NCBI GenBank assembly: GCA_965261395.1
Contig: OZ253462.1
Location: 1,312,001-1,376,000, forward strand
Length of the DNA: 64,000 nt
Direction of reading: 5' to 3'
DNA from: Candidatus Latescibacterota bacterium
Lineage (GTDB): Bacteria > Latescibacterota > UBA2968 > UBA8231
Shown: in pieces, positions 18,345 through 27,231 of the stretch
How positions within the stretch are numbered: the first letter of the stretch is position 1
Layout: each line of letters begins with the position of its first letter
Made by a program: the position numbers and the translations under genes
The notes under the pieces: generated by a model
Seen by the model: the letters and a program-made list of their open reading frames with translations, nothing else
Database searches by the model: none
Told to the model about the DNA's origin: nothing

Positions 18345-19276
18345 GAAGCCGTCTGAAAACTATATTTTTTCTATTTGATCCGTTTGAGCAGCAAGTGGAT
18401 CATAGCAATCTGGATCAAGGCTTCGCTATGGTGGGTCAACACCTCATAATCTCGGGCATGTCGGCGAAAATTCATCAACCACGCAAACGTGCGCTCGACG
18501 ACCCAACGGCGTGGTAACACCTCAAAGCCGGGGCCTTGTTTGGCGACGACTTCCAAGTCTATTTTGTGCGTCTTTTTTACGTTAGCCACCCACGTTCGGA
18601 TCGGATCGCCTCGATAGCCGCCATCGCCCCACAGTTTGCGTAACCGGGCTACGCCGGAGGCCCCCAAGCGGGTCAACACCTGCTTGAGGCCGTCCCGATC
18701 CTCTACATCGGCGGCGGTGACCACCACCTGTCTAAGCAAGCCCGAGGTGTCGACCAACAGATGACGCTTGCGCCCCTTGACCTTTTTTCCGGCGTCATAA
18801 CCGGTTGTTTTACCATGGGTTGCCGTCTTGATCGTCTGACTATCGACTACGCCAGCCGACGGCGTTGGAGCCCGTCCGTTGAGGCGGCGTTCCCGCTGGG
18901 TGAGTCGATCCAATACCTGCGGCCAGACCCCTTGTAGACTCCAGCGACGAAAGTAATCATACACCGTTTTCCACGGTCCAAAACAAGAAGGCAACAAAGC
19001 CCAAGGACAACCGGTCTTGGTCAGATACAAAAGGCCGTTGACGATCTGGCGTCGATCCCGCGGTGGCCGACCCGGACCGTTCGGCTGCCATGTCGAAGCC
19101 GGCAGCAACGGTTCGATCCGACGCCATTGCACATCGGTTACATCGGTGGCATATTGCCTACTAGGCGTACTCATCATACGAGCCTTTCTGTTCAGATTTT
19201 GTCGCGAAACCTGAATATGGCTCGATGAGTACGCCGATTCAAATACCGGCTACAGCAAGGGTTTTCAGACGGCTTC
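18345..19276 (-). mobile_element. IS5 family element (IS1031-like), 932 bp
   Basis: IRs gaagccgtctgaaaac / gttttcagacggcttc; TTA duplication at 18342-18344 and 19277-19279. Confidence 0.95.
18371..19177 (-). CDS. IS5 family transposase
   Basis: Same motifs as 6736-7539; protein identical to 56708-57514. Confidence 0.95.
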   Translation of the reverse strand: MMSTPSRQYATDVTDVQWRRIEPLLPASTWQPNGPGRPPRDRRQIVNGLLYLTKTGCPWALLPSCFGPWKTVYDYFRRWSLQGVWPQVLDRLTQRERRLNGRAPTPSAGVVDSQTIKTATHGKTTGYDAGKKVKGRKRHLLVDTSGLLRQVVVTAADVEDRDGLKQVLTRLGASGVARLRKLWGDGGYRGDPIRTWVANVKKTHKIDLEVVAKQGPGFEVLPRRWVVERTFAWLMNFRRHARDYEVLTHHSEALIQIAMIHLLLKRIK

Positions 19277-19386
19277 TTAGCAGTGGTGTTGTATACCTCC
19301 ACATATCCGACTCCTTTTTGGCCTCTTTCTGATGCTCGTTCCCATTCATAATTCATTGTATTTTCTCCATATTTACGGAATTGCCA

Positions 19387-20043
19387 TTATTTGGTCATAG
19401 AAGACTCTGTATTCGACTGGATCATTTCGGCTATTGTAGCCCATTCTTGATATAGTTCGGTTAAGTTTAACCTTTCTAACGTTTCATCTTTTTTATATTT
19501 ATGATGCTCGTCAGGATCACCAAATGTCATCTTACTTAGGTCCTTCTCAAAAAAATCGAATGCAATTTTCTCTAGTTGGTGCGCCATATCGATAAAGTCT
19601 GACCGAATGATACGACCAATCTCAGGAAATAGATCGGCAGGGGCTGGCCCGATAAGCATAGATAGGTTTAGCGTATAGTCTTGTATAAAATTGAGTTCAC
19701 GGCTTACAGGCTTTGTTAGCCACGCAGAATAGGTCGCAGCCACTTCTCTATGCTGAATATGCCAAGAGTAAAATTCCTCAGGACTCATGAAGAACTGTGG
19801 CGTTCGGGCAAGTTCTGATTCAGACTCCTGATACTCCAACGACCTCATATGTCTCATTGGAGCAACCAGCTTAAAAATTGCCTCATGGGCTTCGATTCGC
19901 CGATCCAGCACCTTTTCCCGTAGCCGAAGTTGCAACTCCTTCTCTTTTAATCTTGAATTTGCAAAGAAGGTGAACATTGAGCCCAACAAAACTCCTCCAA
20001 GGGCGAATACGGCGGTTATATTCTTCGCTAGAAGTTCATACAT
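19387..20043 (-). CDS. Hypothetical protein with N-terminal transmembrane helix (putative cassette 2)
   Basis: AT-rich 218-aa ORF; ITAVFALGGVLLGSMFTFF followed by a charged helix. Confidence 0.75.
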   Translation of the reverse strand: MYELLAKNITAVFALGGVLLGSMFTFFANSRLKEKELQLRLREKVLDRRIEAHEAIFKLVAPMRHMRSLEYQESESELARTPQFFMSPEEFYSWHIQHREVAATYSAWLTKPVSRELNFIQDYTLNLSMLIGPAPADLFPEIGRIIRSDFIDMAHQLEKIAFDFFEKDLSKMTFGDPDEHHKYKKDETLERLNLTELYQEWATIAEMIQSNTESSMTK

Positions 20044-20120
20044 AACCCATAAACCTGTTCGTTCATAGAATGGTGTTCTTATGGCAATTTATCTGTGTAG
20101 ATCTTTATTTTTTTTATTTC

Positions 20121-20205
20121 ATCTAACGGGCTGCCCGCTCACGAACTCGCGTAGCGAGTTGGGCGGAGGCCCGAATGGGCTGTAGCCGTGGGCGGGTTGT
20201 TAGAG
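20121..20205 (-). repeat. attC-like site 1
   Basis: CTCTAAC-aa-cccgcccacg...aactcgctacgcgagtt-cgtgagcggg-cagccc-GTTAGAT; 85-bp GC-rich island in AT-rich DNA, 37 bp after a stop codon. Confidence 0.8.
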
Positions 20206-20241
20206 GATGTGGGACAATTTAGGGCGATGTCTAAGAGAAGA

Positions 20242-22257
20242 TCATATCCCTAGCTTATGAAAGAAAATTTGATTACGCATTTTTGCATCTTTTAGCACTT
20301 TATCCCAACTAATCACTTCTATATAGAGCTTTGTATTTTCGTGCCAATTAAACCAGCCTAAACGATCGGGCATAGGTTTGAAATCCTTTTCTCGCCTAAG
20401 CCATTCTTCAACCTTAGGAGTTAAATCACAAACAACATATCCATAGAATGGGGTATTTTCCTCGACCAGCATTTTACGACCTTCAGGTGTCTTATATTTC
20501 CCATCGCGAATATTGTTAACGTAGCGAATGACTTGCTGGACCGGATCTTCTTTTGAAGATGGATTTACAAAATCATCTCTCTCCGGTTTTTTAAATTCAA
20601 AAATTGTTACAGGATTACTTGCTTCATTATCTCCACGGAAGAGGATACGCTTATTATAAACAAGAAGGTCAGGACGCTCGGAACCTTTGCCATTAAGCGG
20701 CAGATCGGATGATACATAGTTCGTGAAGTTCAGGCGTTCATCTATGATCCAGAGATTGTGATCTTCGAATGAAGTGACATCTGTGTCACCTTTTCGCGGA
20801 AAAATAACATCATGAACTATGCCCTCAGATGAATATTCCCCAGATTCGTCTACCTGAAGGCTTTTTCCAAAGATGTCTAGGATATTACGTCGAAGTGCAA
20901 TGTAGTGGATCAAGTCATTCTTGCTATTTCCTGATATTTTGCTGACGATTTCTGCGACATCTTTCTGTCGAGCTTCTAGATTTCCTTCCTTGTTTAGGAG
21001 TTGCGTGACATCTTTCTTCAGTTGCGTCTCTTGTCTGAATTTTTCTTGGTGTAAACGACTTTCAATCTCTTCGTTCGATGGATTGTAGGGCATCTTAGCC
21101 AAGTCTATAGCCTCAAGTATGTCCTTATGCCACGGCGCTTCTTCTTCCACATATGCCTGGACACTTACCCTCTTCTTTTCTTGACGAATAGCAACGTCTG
21201 AACCAACCGCATTCTTGGCGATTTCAGCAGATCTCGCTTCAATCTCGATCTGTGATATACCGAATTGAAGATCCCTGTCCATTTGGAATTCGAAGCTGCC
21301 ACGCTCTAGCGATACATTATTGTCTAAGTAAGAGCTGAATACGTAGGCTTTTACAATATAATTTCTGTCACGATTGACTTCTCCATTGCCATTATTATCG
21401 TAAAAATCTTCGCTGAACTCTGGTATGTATTTGTCTATAACCGATCCAGACACCTCTCTCTTATGTGCGACGAGGCTAATTCTGCTTCTCTGATTCCTTG
21501 GATAATACAATTTAAAAACTCTAACGATAAACTCTTCTATCGTTTCGTCATTATTACTGCTTTGCAGTGTGAAGGTGCTTTCTGATACTGGAACTTCTTC
21601 AATGACAGACGACAATTCGTTATTGAAGAAATCATTAAGTCGAATTGAGCCTGACCTGTCTTCCTCAGACAATATCACCTCAGGACAGATATAGTCTTGA
21701 GTGATAAAGTATGGGAGAAGTTTCTCGACGATATTTCTGGCTATCGTATTGAGTCTTTTGTCAATTGATCTTCCTTTTTTGAGATTTTTCAGATGAATGA
21801 TAGTTCGTGATGCTTTATCTGAGGAGTCTGATATTTTTTCATTAATGATAATATCAGTATCCTTACCCATGTCGAATGCGCGATGCTTGTAAATGCCATT
21901 GTCTTGGTATACGCTTTCCACATGGAGGTCATCAAAATATTTCAGGCAAGTAAATCGACCAAACCCTTTACCACCATCCTCGATTCTAAGGTCTGTATAT
22001 AATGTATCAAATGACCATCGATTTTCGTCTGTGAAGCCGATGCCATTATCGACTATTTCAAAACTACGGACATCTGACAAAGAACCATCCATTTCAAGCT
22101 GCTCAGACCGGAGAACTTTTATTTCAATTTTTCCATCTTGGCCGCCGCGGCTTTCAATTGCCTGTATTGCATTGACAACAACCTCAACAATCGATGTATA
22201 AACAGTCGTATTCGCTCTGATATTTTCAACCGCTCTCTTGATATTTACTTTGCTCAT
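20242..22257 (-). CDS. GHKL (HATPase_c) ATPase fused to a C-terminal PD-(D/E)XK-like nuclease (putative cassette 1)
   Basis: EVVVNAIQA, DNGIGF, GGKGFGRF; C-terminal RPDLL...IFEFKKP...PVQQVIRY. Confidence 0.8.
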   Translation of the reverse strand: MSKVNIKRAVENIRANTTVYTSIVEVVVNAIQAIESRGGQDGKIEIKVLRSEQLEMDGSLSDVRSFEIVDNGIGFTDENRWSFDTLYTDLRIEDGGKGFGRFTCLKYFDDLHVESVYQDNGIYKHRAFDMGKDTDIIINEKISDSSDKASRTIIHLKNLKKGRSIDKRLNTIARNIVEKLLPYFITQDYICPEVILSEEDRSGSIRLNDFFNNELSSVIEEVPVSESTFTLQSSNNDETIEEFIVRVFKLYYPRNQRSRISLVAHKREVSGSVIDKYIPEFSEDFYDNNGNGEVNRDRNYIVKAYVFSSYLDNNVSLERGSFEFQMDRDLQFGISQIEIEARSAEIAKNAVGSDVAIRQEKKRVSVQAYVEEEAPWHKDILEAIDLAKMPYNPSNEEIESRLHQEKFRQETQLKKDVTQLLNKEGNLEARQKDVAEIVSKISGNSKNDLIHYIALRRNILDIFGKSLQVDESGEYSSEGIVHDVIFPRKGDTDVTSFEDHNLWIIDERLNFTNYVSSDLPLNGKGSERPDLLVYNKRILFRGDNEASNPVTIFEFKKPERDDFVNPSSKEDPVQQVIRYVNNIRDGKYKTPEGRKMLVEENTPFYGYVVCDLTPKVEEWLRREKDFKPMPDRLGWFNWHENTKLYIEVISWDKVLKDAKMRNQIFFHKLGI

Positions 22258-22353
22258 AGCAGACCTACTTTCTTAAATCGATATTGATGTGCTAAGAGAT
22301 TTCTTGTGCCATGACGCCGCTGCTTACAGCTAAGACATGCGGCTTCCCATGTC

Positions 22354-22419
22354 CTCTAACTACTGTATTCCCGACGTACGTCGTCTAACTCACTTAAAGT
22401 AAGGGGTTAGACGACGTAC
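22354..22419 (-). promoter_or_regulatory. attI-like recombination site
   Basis: Minus strand cgggaatacagtaG|TTAGAGG with no attC body, next to a perfect 14-bp IR gtacgtcgtctaac (22376-22389) / gttagacgacgtac (22406-22419) that holds two more GTTAGAC cores. Confidence 0.55.
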
Positions 22420-22581
22420 ATCAAAGACTGATTTCTGGCCCCGTAGAATTCGCAAGCATTTATCTGTCAGTAATCTTAAAATTATGTTCGCATAAGTCCC
22501 ACCCGATAGCGCTCCTTGGCCAGGCGCAGATTCTCCTACGCCAGTTCCACTGTGCGCTGAGAAACAAAAACAAGAGGATAA

Positions 22582-22610
22582 AAAGAAAGCCCCTGAAAAG
22601 TCAGGGGCTT
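22582..22610 (-). terminator. Intrinsic terminator of tRNA-Val
   Basis: aagcccctga-cttt-tcaggggctt followed by a U-rich tail on the minus strand. Confidence 0.85.
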
Positions 22611-22616
22611 AGAAGA

Positions 22617-22693
22617 TGGTGGGCGATACTAGACTTGAACTAGTGACCTCCTGCATGTCAAGCAGGCGCTCTAGCCAGCTGAGCTAATCGCCC
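22617..22693 (-). tRNA. tRNA-Val(GAC)
   Basis: gggcgat acceptor stem, anticodon arm cctgc-ttGACat-gcagg, T-loop ttcaagt, encoded CCA. Confidence 0.97.
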
Positions 22694-22774
22694 TCGTGTT
22701 GCCTAATTGCAGACGGGTTAATAATATATCCCAGCATACCAACTGCGTCAAGATTGCGCCAAGAGGAGAGCAAA

Positions 22775-23827
22775 ATGCCTACTACCTACCGAGTTGGACT
22801 CATCGGCTGCGGGCGCATGGGCGCCACTATTGACGACGAAGTCAAAGGCGGCCCCAATGCCCAGCTCTTTCTGCCGTATTCGCACGCCGCGGCCATCGTC
22901 GCCTGCGAGCGCATGGAATTGATCGCTGTCTGCGATCCGATTGAGGAGAAGGTCGAACGCATCCGCGACCGCTACGGTGCCCAGCGAGCCTATGCCGATT
23001 ACAGGGAAATGATCGAGCGCGAAAACCTCGACGTGGTCAGCATTGCCACCCGACCGGGGCCGCACGCCGAGCAGGTGATTTTCGCCGCCGAAGCTGGCGT
23101 CAAAGGGATCTACTGCGAGAAGTCGCTGTGCAACGCCGTGCACGAGATGGACGCCATGCTGCAAGCCTGCATGCCGCGGGGCGTCAAATTCAACTACGGC
23201 ACGCAGCGGCGTTATGCCGCGCTCTATCGCGATGCGCGCGCCATGATCGAGCGCGGCGACATCGGCGAGGTACAGGCGGTCGTGGCAAACTGCGGGATCA
23301 GCGTGGCGCAATGGGGGCACACGCACGCGGCCGACATGATGCTCTTTTTTGCGCTGGACTCGGAGGCGGAATTCGCGCAAGGGACAGTACAGGCAGAGGC
23401 CGCAGATTGGGAGGGCGACCGGCTGACCATAGATCCGCGGATTAGCAATGGATACGTAAAGTTCAAAAACGAGATCCACGCGTACTTAGTGGGCACGCCC
23501 GGCTGGGAATTTGAGATCAGTGGCACCGAGGGTCAGCTACGCACCCTGAGCAATGGGATGGGCTATAGCCTGCGCAAGAAAGACGAGCACGGGGAATTGC
23601 GCCCGGTAGCCGCACCCGAAGCTGTCATTGAGAGCGGCACGCTGCGCGGAATGGAGGACATCGTCCGGGCACTCGACGACGACGGCGATACCCAAGGCAA
23701 TCTGCCGCTCGCCTGTCGCAGCCAAGAGCTAATCTTCGCGATCGTCGAGTCGCATCGGCAAGGCGGGGCACGGGTGGCCTTGCCGCTGGAGAACCGGGCC
23801 TTGTCGATTGCTCCAGATCACTACTAG
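22775..23827 (+). CDS. Gfo/Idh/MocA family oxidoreductase
   Basis: VGLIGCGRMG, IYCEKSL; gaggag RBS. Confidence 0.9.
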   Translation: MPTTYRVGLIGCGRMGATIDDEVKGGPNAQLFLPYSHAAAIVACERMELIAVCDPIEEKVERIRDRYGAQRAYADYREMIERENLDVVSIATRPGPHAEQVIFAAEAGVKGIYCEKSLCNAVHEMDAMLQACMPRGVKFNYGTQRRYAALYRDARAMIERGDIGEVQAVVANCGISVAQWGHTHAADMMLFFALDSEAEFAQGTVQAEAADWEGDRLTIDPRISNGYVKFKNEIHAYLVGTPGWEFEISGTEGQLRTLSNGMGYSLRKKDEHGELRPVAAPEAVIESGTLRGMEDIVRALDDDGDTQGNLPLACRSQELIFAIVESHRQGGARVALPLENRALSIAPDHY

Positions 23828-23832
23828 CGCCG

Positions 23833-24255
23833 ATGCAGATCAGCGTTGTCTCCTACGAGAAGCATCGCAACTCAGCGCTAGAAGCCGCCGAGCAGGAGTA
23901 TATCAAGCGGCTCTCGCGACAGGCACGGATTGCGCTCTGCCCAGGCAAAGCACGGGGCGGCTTGCCCGACCGGCTGTTGAAAGGGACGTATGTCGTAGGT
24001 CTGTACGTGGAAGGAGAGCCGTTCACCTCTGAGCAGTTGGCGCAACGGCTCCAGCGGCTCATGAACCAAGGTCAATCGCATCTAGTGTTGGTAATAGGAG
24101 GGGCCGAGGGAATGCCGACGGGGGTAGCATCTCAACTACAAGAGCAGTGGTCGCTGTCGTCGCTGACTTTTTCCCACCAGCTAGCGCGCCTGCTGTTGTT
24201 GGAAGCCCTGTATCGGTCCTTTGACATTTTAAGCGGCGGACGGTACCACAAATAG
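23833..24255 (+). CDS. rlmH: 23S rRNA (pseudouridine1915-N3)-methyltransferase
   Basis: VIGGAEG, SLSSLTFSHQLARLLLLEALYRSFDI..G.RYHK. Confidence 0.92.
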   Translation: MQISVVSYEKHRNSALEAAEQEYIKRLSRQARIALCPGKARGGLPDRLLKGTYVVGLYVEGEPFTSEQLAQRLQRLMNQGQSHLVLVIGGAEGMPTGVASQLQEQWSLSSLTFSHQLARLLLLEALYRSFDILSGGRYHK

Positions 24256-24264
24256 CCGCGCTGC

Positions 24265-25395
24265 TTAGAAGTACGTCATTAGCTTGTCCCAAAGCCCCAT
24301 GCGGCCGATGCTCTTTTCAGCGTGGATGGACACCACGGCGAGCAGGCTATCGCCCAGCGAGACCTTCAGCTTGCCCAGTTCGTCGCCGGCAGCGACCGGT
24401 GCTGTCAATTCCTCGGGCAGCTCTAGACGGCGGACGATCCGTTCCTCCTGTTCGGGAGTGAGCACGGCGACTACGGTGTCTTGGGCCAAGACGCGCACCT
24501 CTGGCTCTATGCCCCAGTCGAGCACGACCTTGCCCATCAGTTCGCCGGTTTTGACGATGGGCACGCGCGAGAAGTTATTAAAGCCCCAGCTTAGCAAGCG
24601 GCGGGTCTCTCGGTTGCGGACGCTCGTGGAGGAGGCCCCCAATATCACAGAGATTAGGCGCATGTTGTGGCGCGTGGCCGTGGAAACAAGGCAGGAGCCG
24701 GCGCGCCGCGTATAGCCGGTTTTTAGCCCGTCAAGCCCTTGGAACCGTCCCAGCAACCTGTTGGTGGCGCGGAGCATGAACTTGCCGTTGCGAAAGGGCT
24801 TGCGGCGGGTGGACGACCATTGCAGCACCTCCGGATGCTGGGCCAAGAGCACGCGGGCGATTTTGGAGAGATCGCGGACCGTGCTTAGGTTGCCCTTGCC
24901 GACCGGCGTGTTGTCGAGGCCGTGGACATTAACGCAGCGCGTGTCCTGCATCCCGAGGCTTTGGGCGCGCTCGTTCATCAGATCGACAAAGCTGGCGGTC
25001 GAGCCGGTGATGTGCTCGGCAATTGCCACGCAGGCATCGTTGGCCGAGGCAATTGCCACGGCCTCCATCAGCTCCTCCAGCGTAAAGACCTCGCCCCGCT
25101 TCAAGAAAACCTGAGAACCGCCGGTGCGCGCAGCGCGACGAGAGACCGAGACCGAGTCCTCTAGCGAGATTTTGCCAGCTTTGATCAATTCTAGGACTAC
25201 TAGTTCAAGCACCAACTTTTGGGTGCTGGCGGGCGAGCGCTGCAAGTCTGGGTGGTGGGCAAAGAGCACGGTACCGCTTTCGGCTTCGAGCAAGATGGCA
25301 GCGGCATACGACGGCTTCGGGCCGGGGTCGAAGACGGCAGCTTGAAGCGGTACCCAGGACAAACATATAGCGACACACAGTGAATGAATGTGCAT
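24265..25395 (-). CDS. D-alanyl-D-alanine carboxypeptidase (peptidase S11, PBP5-like)
   Basis: PASTQK (SxxK), SAN (SxN), GLKTGYT (KTG), PBP5 C-terminal domain. Confidence 0.92.
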   Translation of the reverse strand: MHIHSLCVAICLSWVPLQAAVFDPGPKPSYAAAILLEAESGTVLFAHHPDLQRSPASTQKLVLELVVLELIKAGKISLEDSVSVSRRAARTGGSQVFLKRGEVFTLEELMEAVAIASANDACVAIAEHITGSTASFVDLMNERAQSLGMQDTRCVNVHGLDNTPVGKGNLSTVRDLSKIARVLLAQHPEVLQWSSTRRKPFRNGKFMLRATNRLLGRFQGLDGLKTGYTRRAGSCLVSTATRHNMRLISVILGASSTSVRNRETRRLLSWGFNNFSRVPIVKTGELMGKVVLDWGIEPEVRVLAQDTVVAVLTPEQEERIVRRLELPEELTAPVAAGDELGKLKVSLGDSLLAVVSIHAEKSIGRMGLWDKLMTYF

Positions 25396-25588
25396 TGTTT
25401 CTCTCGCTCAAAAAGCCAAAGGGAATTACAAGGGATGGGCCTAAATGTAATAATTAAGACATGTTAGGTCAATCAAGATGTTGCACCGCCCATTCGGGCG
25501 ACGAGAGGGGCGGTACACCACCTTTTGGTCGGCGAGTGCTTGCTTACGAAAGCCAGCAGCGTAATTTTAGTTCCAGAAAGGACGACAT

Positions 25589-26572
25589 ATGACTACGGCA
25601 ACCATACCTCAACTCACGTACAGCGGCAAGCCGATCGCCATGGATCAGGTAGGTGAGCTCCGCCGCTCGGACGATATAACCGACGATCGGGACGCACTCT
25701 GGGAGCGGATGGAAGAAGATGGGTATTTGTTTTTGCCTGGATATTTGGATCGACGCGAAGTGTTGGCGGCGCGGGCAGCATTGTGCGATCGCCTCTTCAA
25801 GTCCGGGGTGCTAGACCCGGCACGTCCGCCGATGGAAGGCGTAGTGGCCACGGACAAGACGATCAATCCAGCGGCCACTGGCCCGTTTATGCCAGTCTTA
25901 GCACGAGACAATCCGCCGCTGGACCAGGTCCTCTACGACGGTCCGATGATGGCTTTTTACGAATTCTTCTTAGGTGGGCCTGTCCGGCACTACGACTATA
26001 CTTGGTTCCGCGCCAAGCAGCCGGGCACTAACACGGCGACGACCCCGCATTGCGACATCGTCTATATGGGCCGAGGGACCAAGGCGCTCTATACGTCGTG
26101 GACGCCCTTCAGCGATGTGCCCTACGAAATGGGGGGGCTGATGGTGTTGGAGGGATCGCACAAGAACCAAGCCCTGAAACAAGGCTACGGCCAGACCGAT
26201 GTGGATGCGTTTTGCGAAAACGACGGCCCCACAGCGGGCCAAATCGTCGCGGTCGCTCAGCAACAGGGCCGCGAGCTGACCCAAGAAGAACGCGAGCAAA
26301 TTCGCTGGAACTCGTCCGGGGCCTACTCGCACGACGCGATTGCCGTGCGCGAGGAGCTACAGAGCCGCTGGCTGACGGCCGAGTACCAGATGGGAGATTT
26401 GCTGGTCTTCTGCATGTATATGTTGCACGCCAGCTCAGACAACCAGACGGACCGCATTCGCCTCTCTTCCGATACGCGCTACCAGCGTTCACACGAGCCA
26501 ATAGACGAGCGCTGGATCGGCGACGACCCACCCGCGCACGGTATCCGCGCCAAGCGGGGCATGGTGTGCTGA
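25589..26572 (+). CDS. PhyH family dioxygenase
   Basis: EDGYLFL, PHCDIVY (HxD), GGLMVLEGSH, GDLLVF...LHAS. Confidence 0.9.
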   Translation: MTTATIPQLTYSGKPIAMDQVGELRRSDDITDDRDALWERMEEDGYLFLPGYLDRREVLAARAALCDRLFKSGVLDPARPPMEGVVATDKTINPAATGPFMPVLARDNPPLDQVLYDGPMMAFYEFFLGGPVRHYDYTWFRAKQPGTNTATTPHCDIVYMGRGTKALYTSWTPFSDVPYEMGGLMVLEGSHKNQALKQGYGQTDVDAFCENDGPTAGQIVAVAQQQGRELTQEEREQIRWNSSGAYSHDAIAVREELQSRWLTAEYQMGDLLVFCMYMLHASSDNQTDRIRLSSDTRYQRSHEPIDERWIGDDPPAHGIRAKRGMVC

Positions 26573-27163
26573 TTAGTTGACGGCTGGATCTTTGGGAAAC
26601 ACGGAGATGGGGCGATATTTGCCCCCCATGGAATGGAGCACTGTTTGCCACATGGTTTCGGGCGTGGGCGCGAGGATCAATTTGGGGTCGCCCGGGGCCA
26701 AAAACCAAGTGCCAGCACCAATCTCGGATTCGAGCTGGCCCGGCTCCCAGCCGGCATAGCCCAAGTAGAATCGCAGCCGCGGCACGTCGGACCGGAGCAC
26801 CTCGGCTTCGGCGTACTTAGTGTCGAGGTCGCCACCCAAATAGAGGCCGTCGAGGATTTTCGTGCCCCCTTCGACTAGGCCGTCGAGCCGGTGCAAAAAG
26901 AAAAGATAGCGCTGGTGTACTGGCCCGCCCTGATAGAATATCCGACCTAGCTCCGCACACGCATCTTCGCCGCCCGCGAGGTGTTGCAGAGACTCGGGTG
27001 CATAGCGCCGCACCCGCTCGCCGAGGGGCTGGTTGATCACCAAGCCCATAGTGATGTCGTCTTCGCTATAGTGGGTAATGAGCACGACCGTGCGGTCAAA
27101 GCCGAGCTCTTCGAGCGCGGGAGTAGCGACCAACAGGGTGCCGGTTTGGAGTGGTGCAGGCAT
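26573..27163 (-). CDS. YqgE/AlgH family protein
   Basis: FDRTVVLI, MGLVINQP, GGPV, FYLGYAGWEPGQLESEI. Confidence 0.9.
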   Translation of the reverse strand: MPAPLQTGTLLVATPALEELGFDRTVVLITHYSEDDITMGLVINQPLGERVRRYAPESLQHLAGGEDACAELGRIFYQGGPVHQRYLFFLHRLDGLVEGGTKILDGLYLGGDLDTKYAEAEVLRSDVPRLRFYLGYAGWEPGQLESEIGAGTWFLAPGDPKLILAPTPETMWQTVLHSMGGKYRPISVFPKDPAVN

Positions 27164-27231
27164 GACAGGTATCAGATGTAGCGAGTGCTGCTATGGACGA
27201 TAATAAAGATCGCGTGGCGAGACAACCTCGC

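Larger units (their letters stand above)
18056..19356 (-). pseudogene. 121-aa orphan gene interrupted by IS5
   Basis: Removing the IS and one TTA restores MNYEWERASERGQKGVGYVEVYNTTAKGHRISAV...DYAIG* in frame; ggag RBS. Confidence 0.8.

Noticed and set aside
17390-20205. Spaced palindromes as a CRISPR array or REP elements
   Set aside because: They are not identical direct repeats, they are separated by whole genes, and no cas genes are present; the core complementarity fits cassettes better.
22481-22497. attatgttcgcataagt as a dif/Xer site
   Set aside because: It lacks the 11-6-11 XerC/XerD layout; only a partial ttatgtt match.
22420-22616. Integrase gene or tRNA-derived att duplication for a genomic island
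   Set aside because: No ORF here, and I did not see a second copy of the tRNA 3' end in the window.
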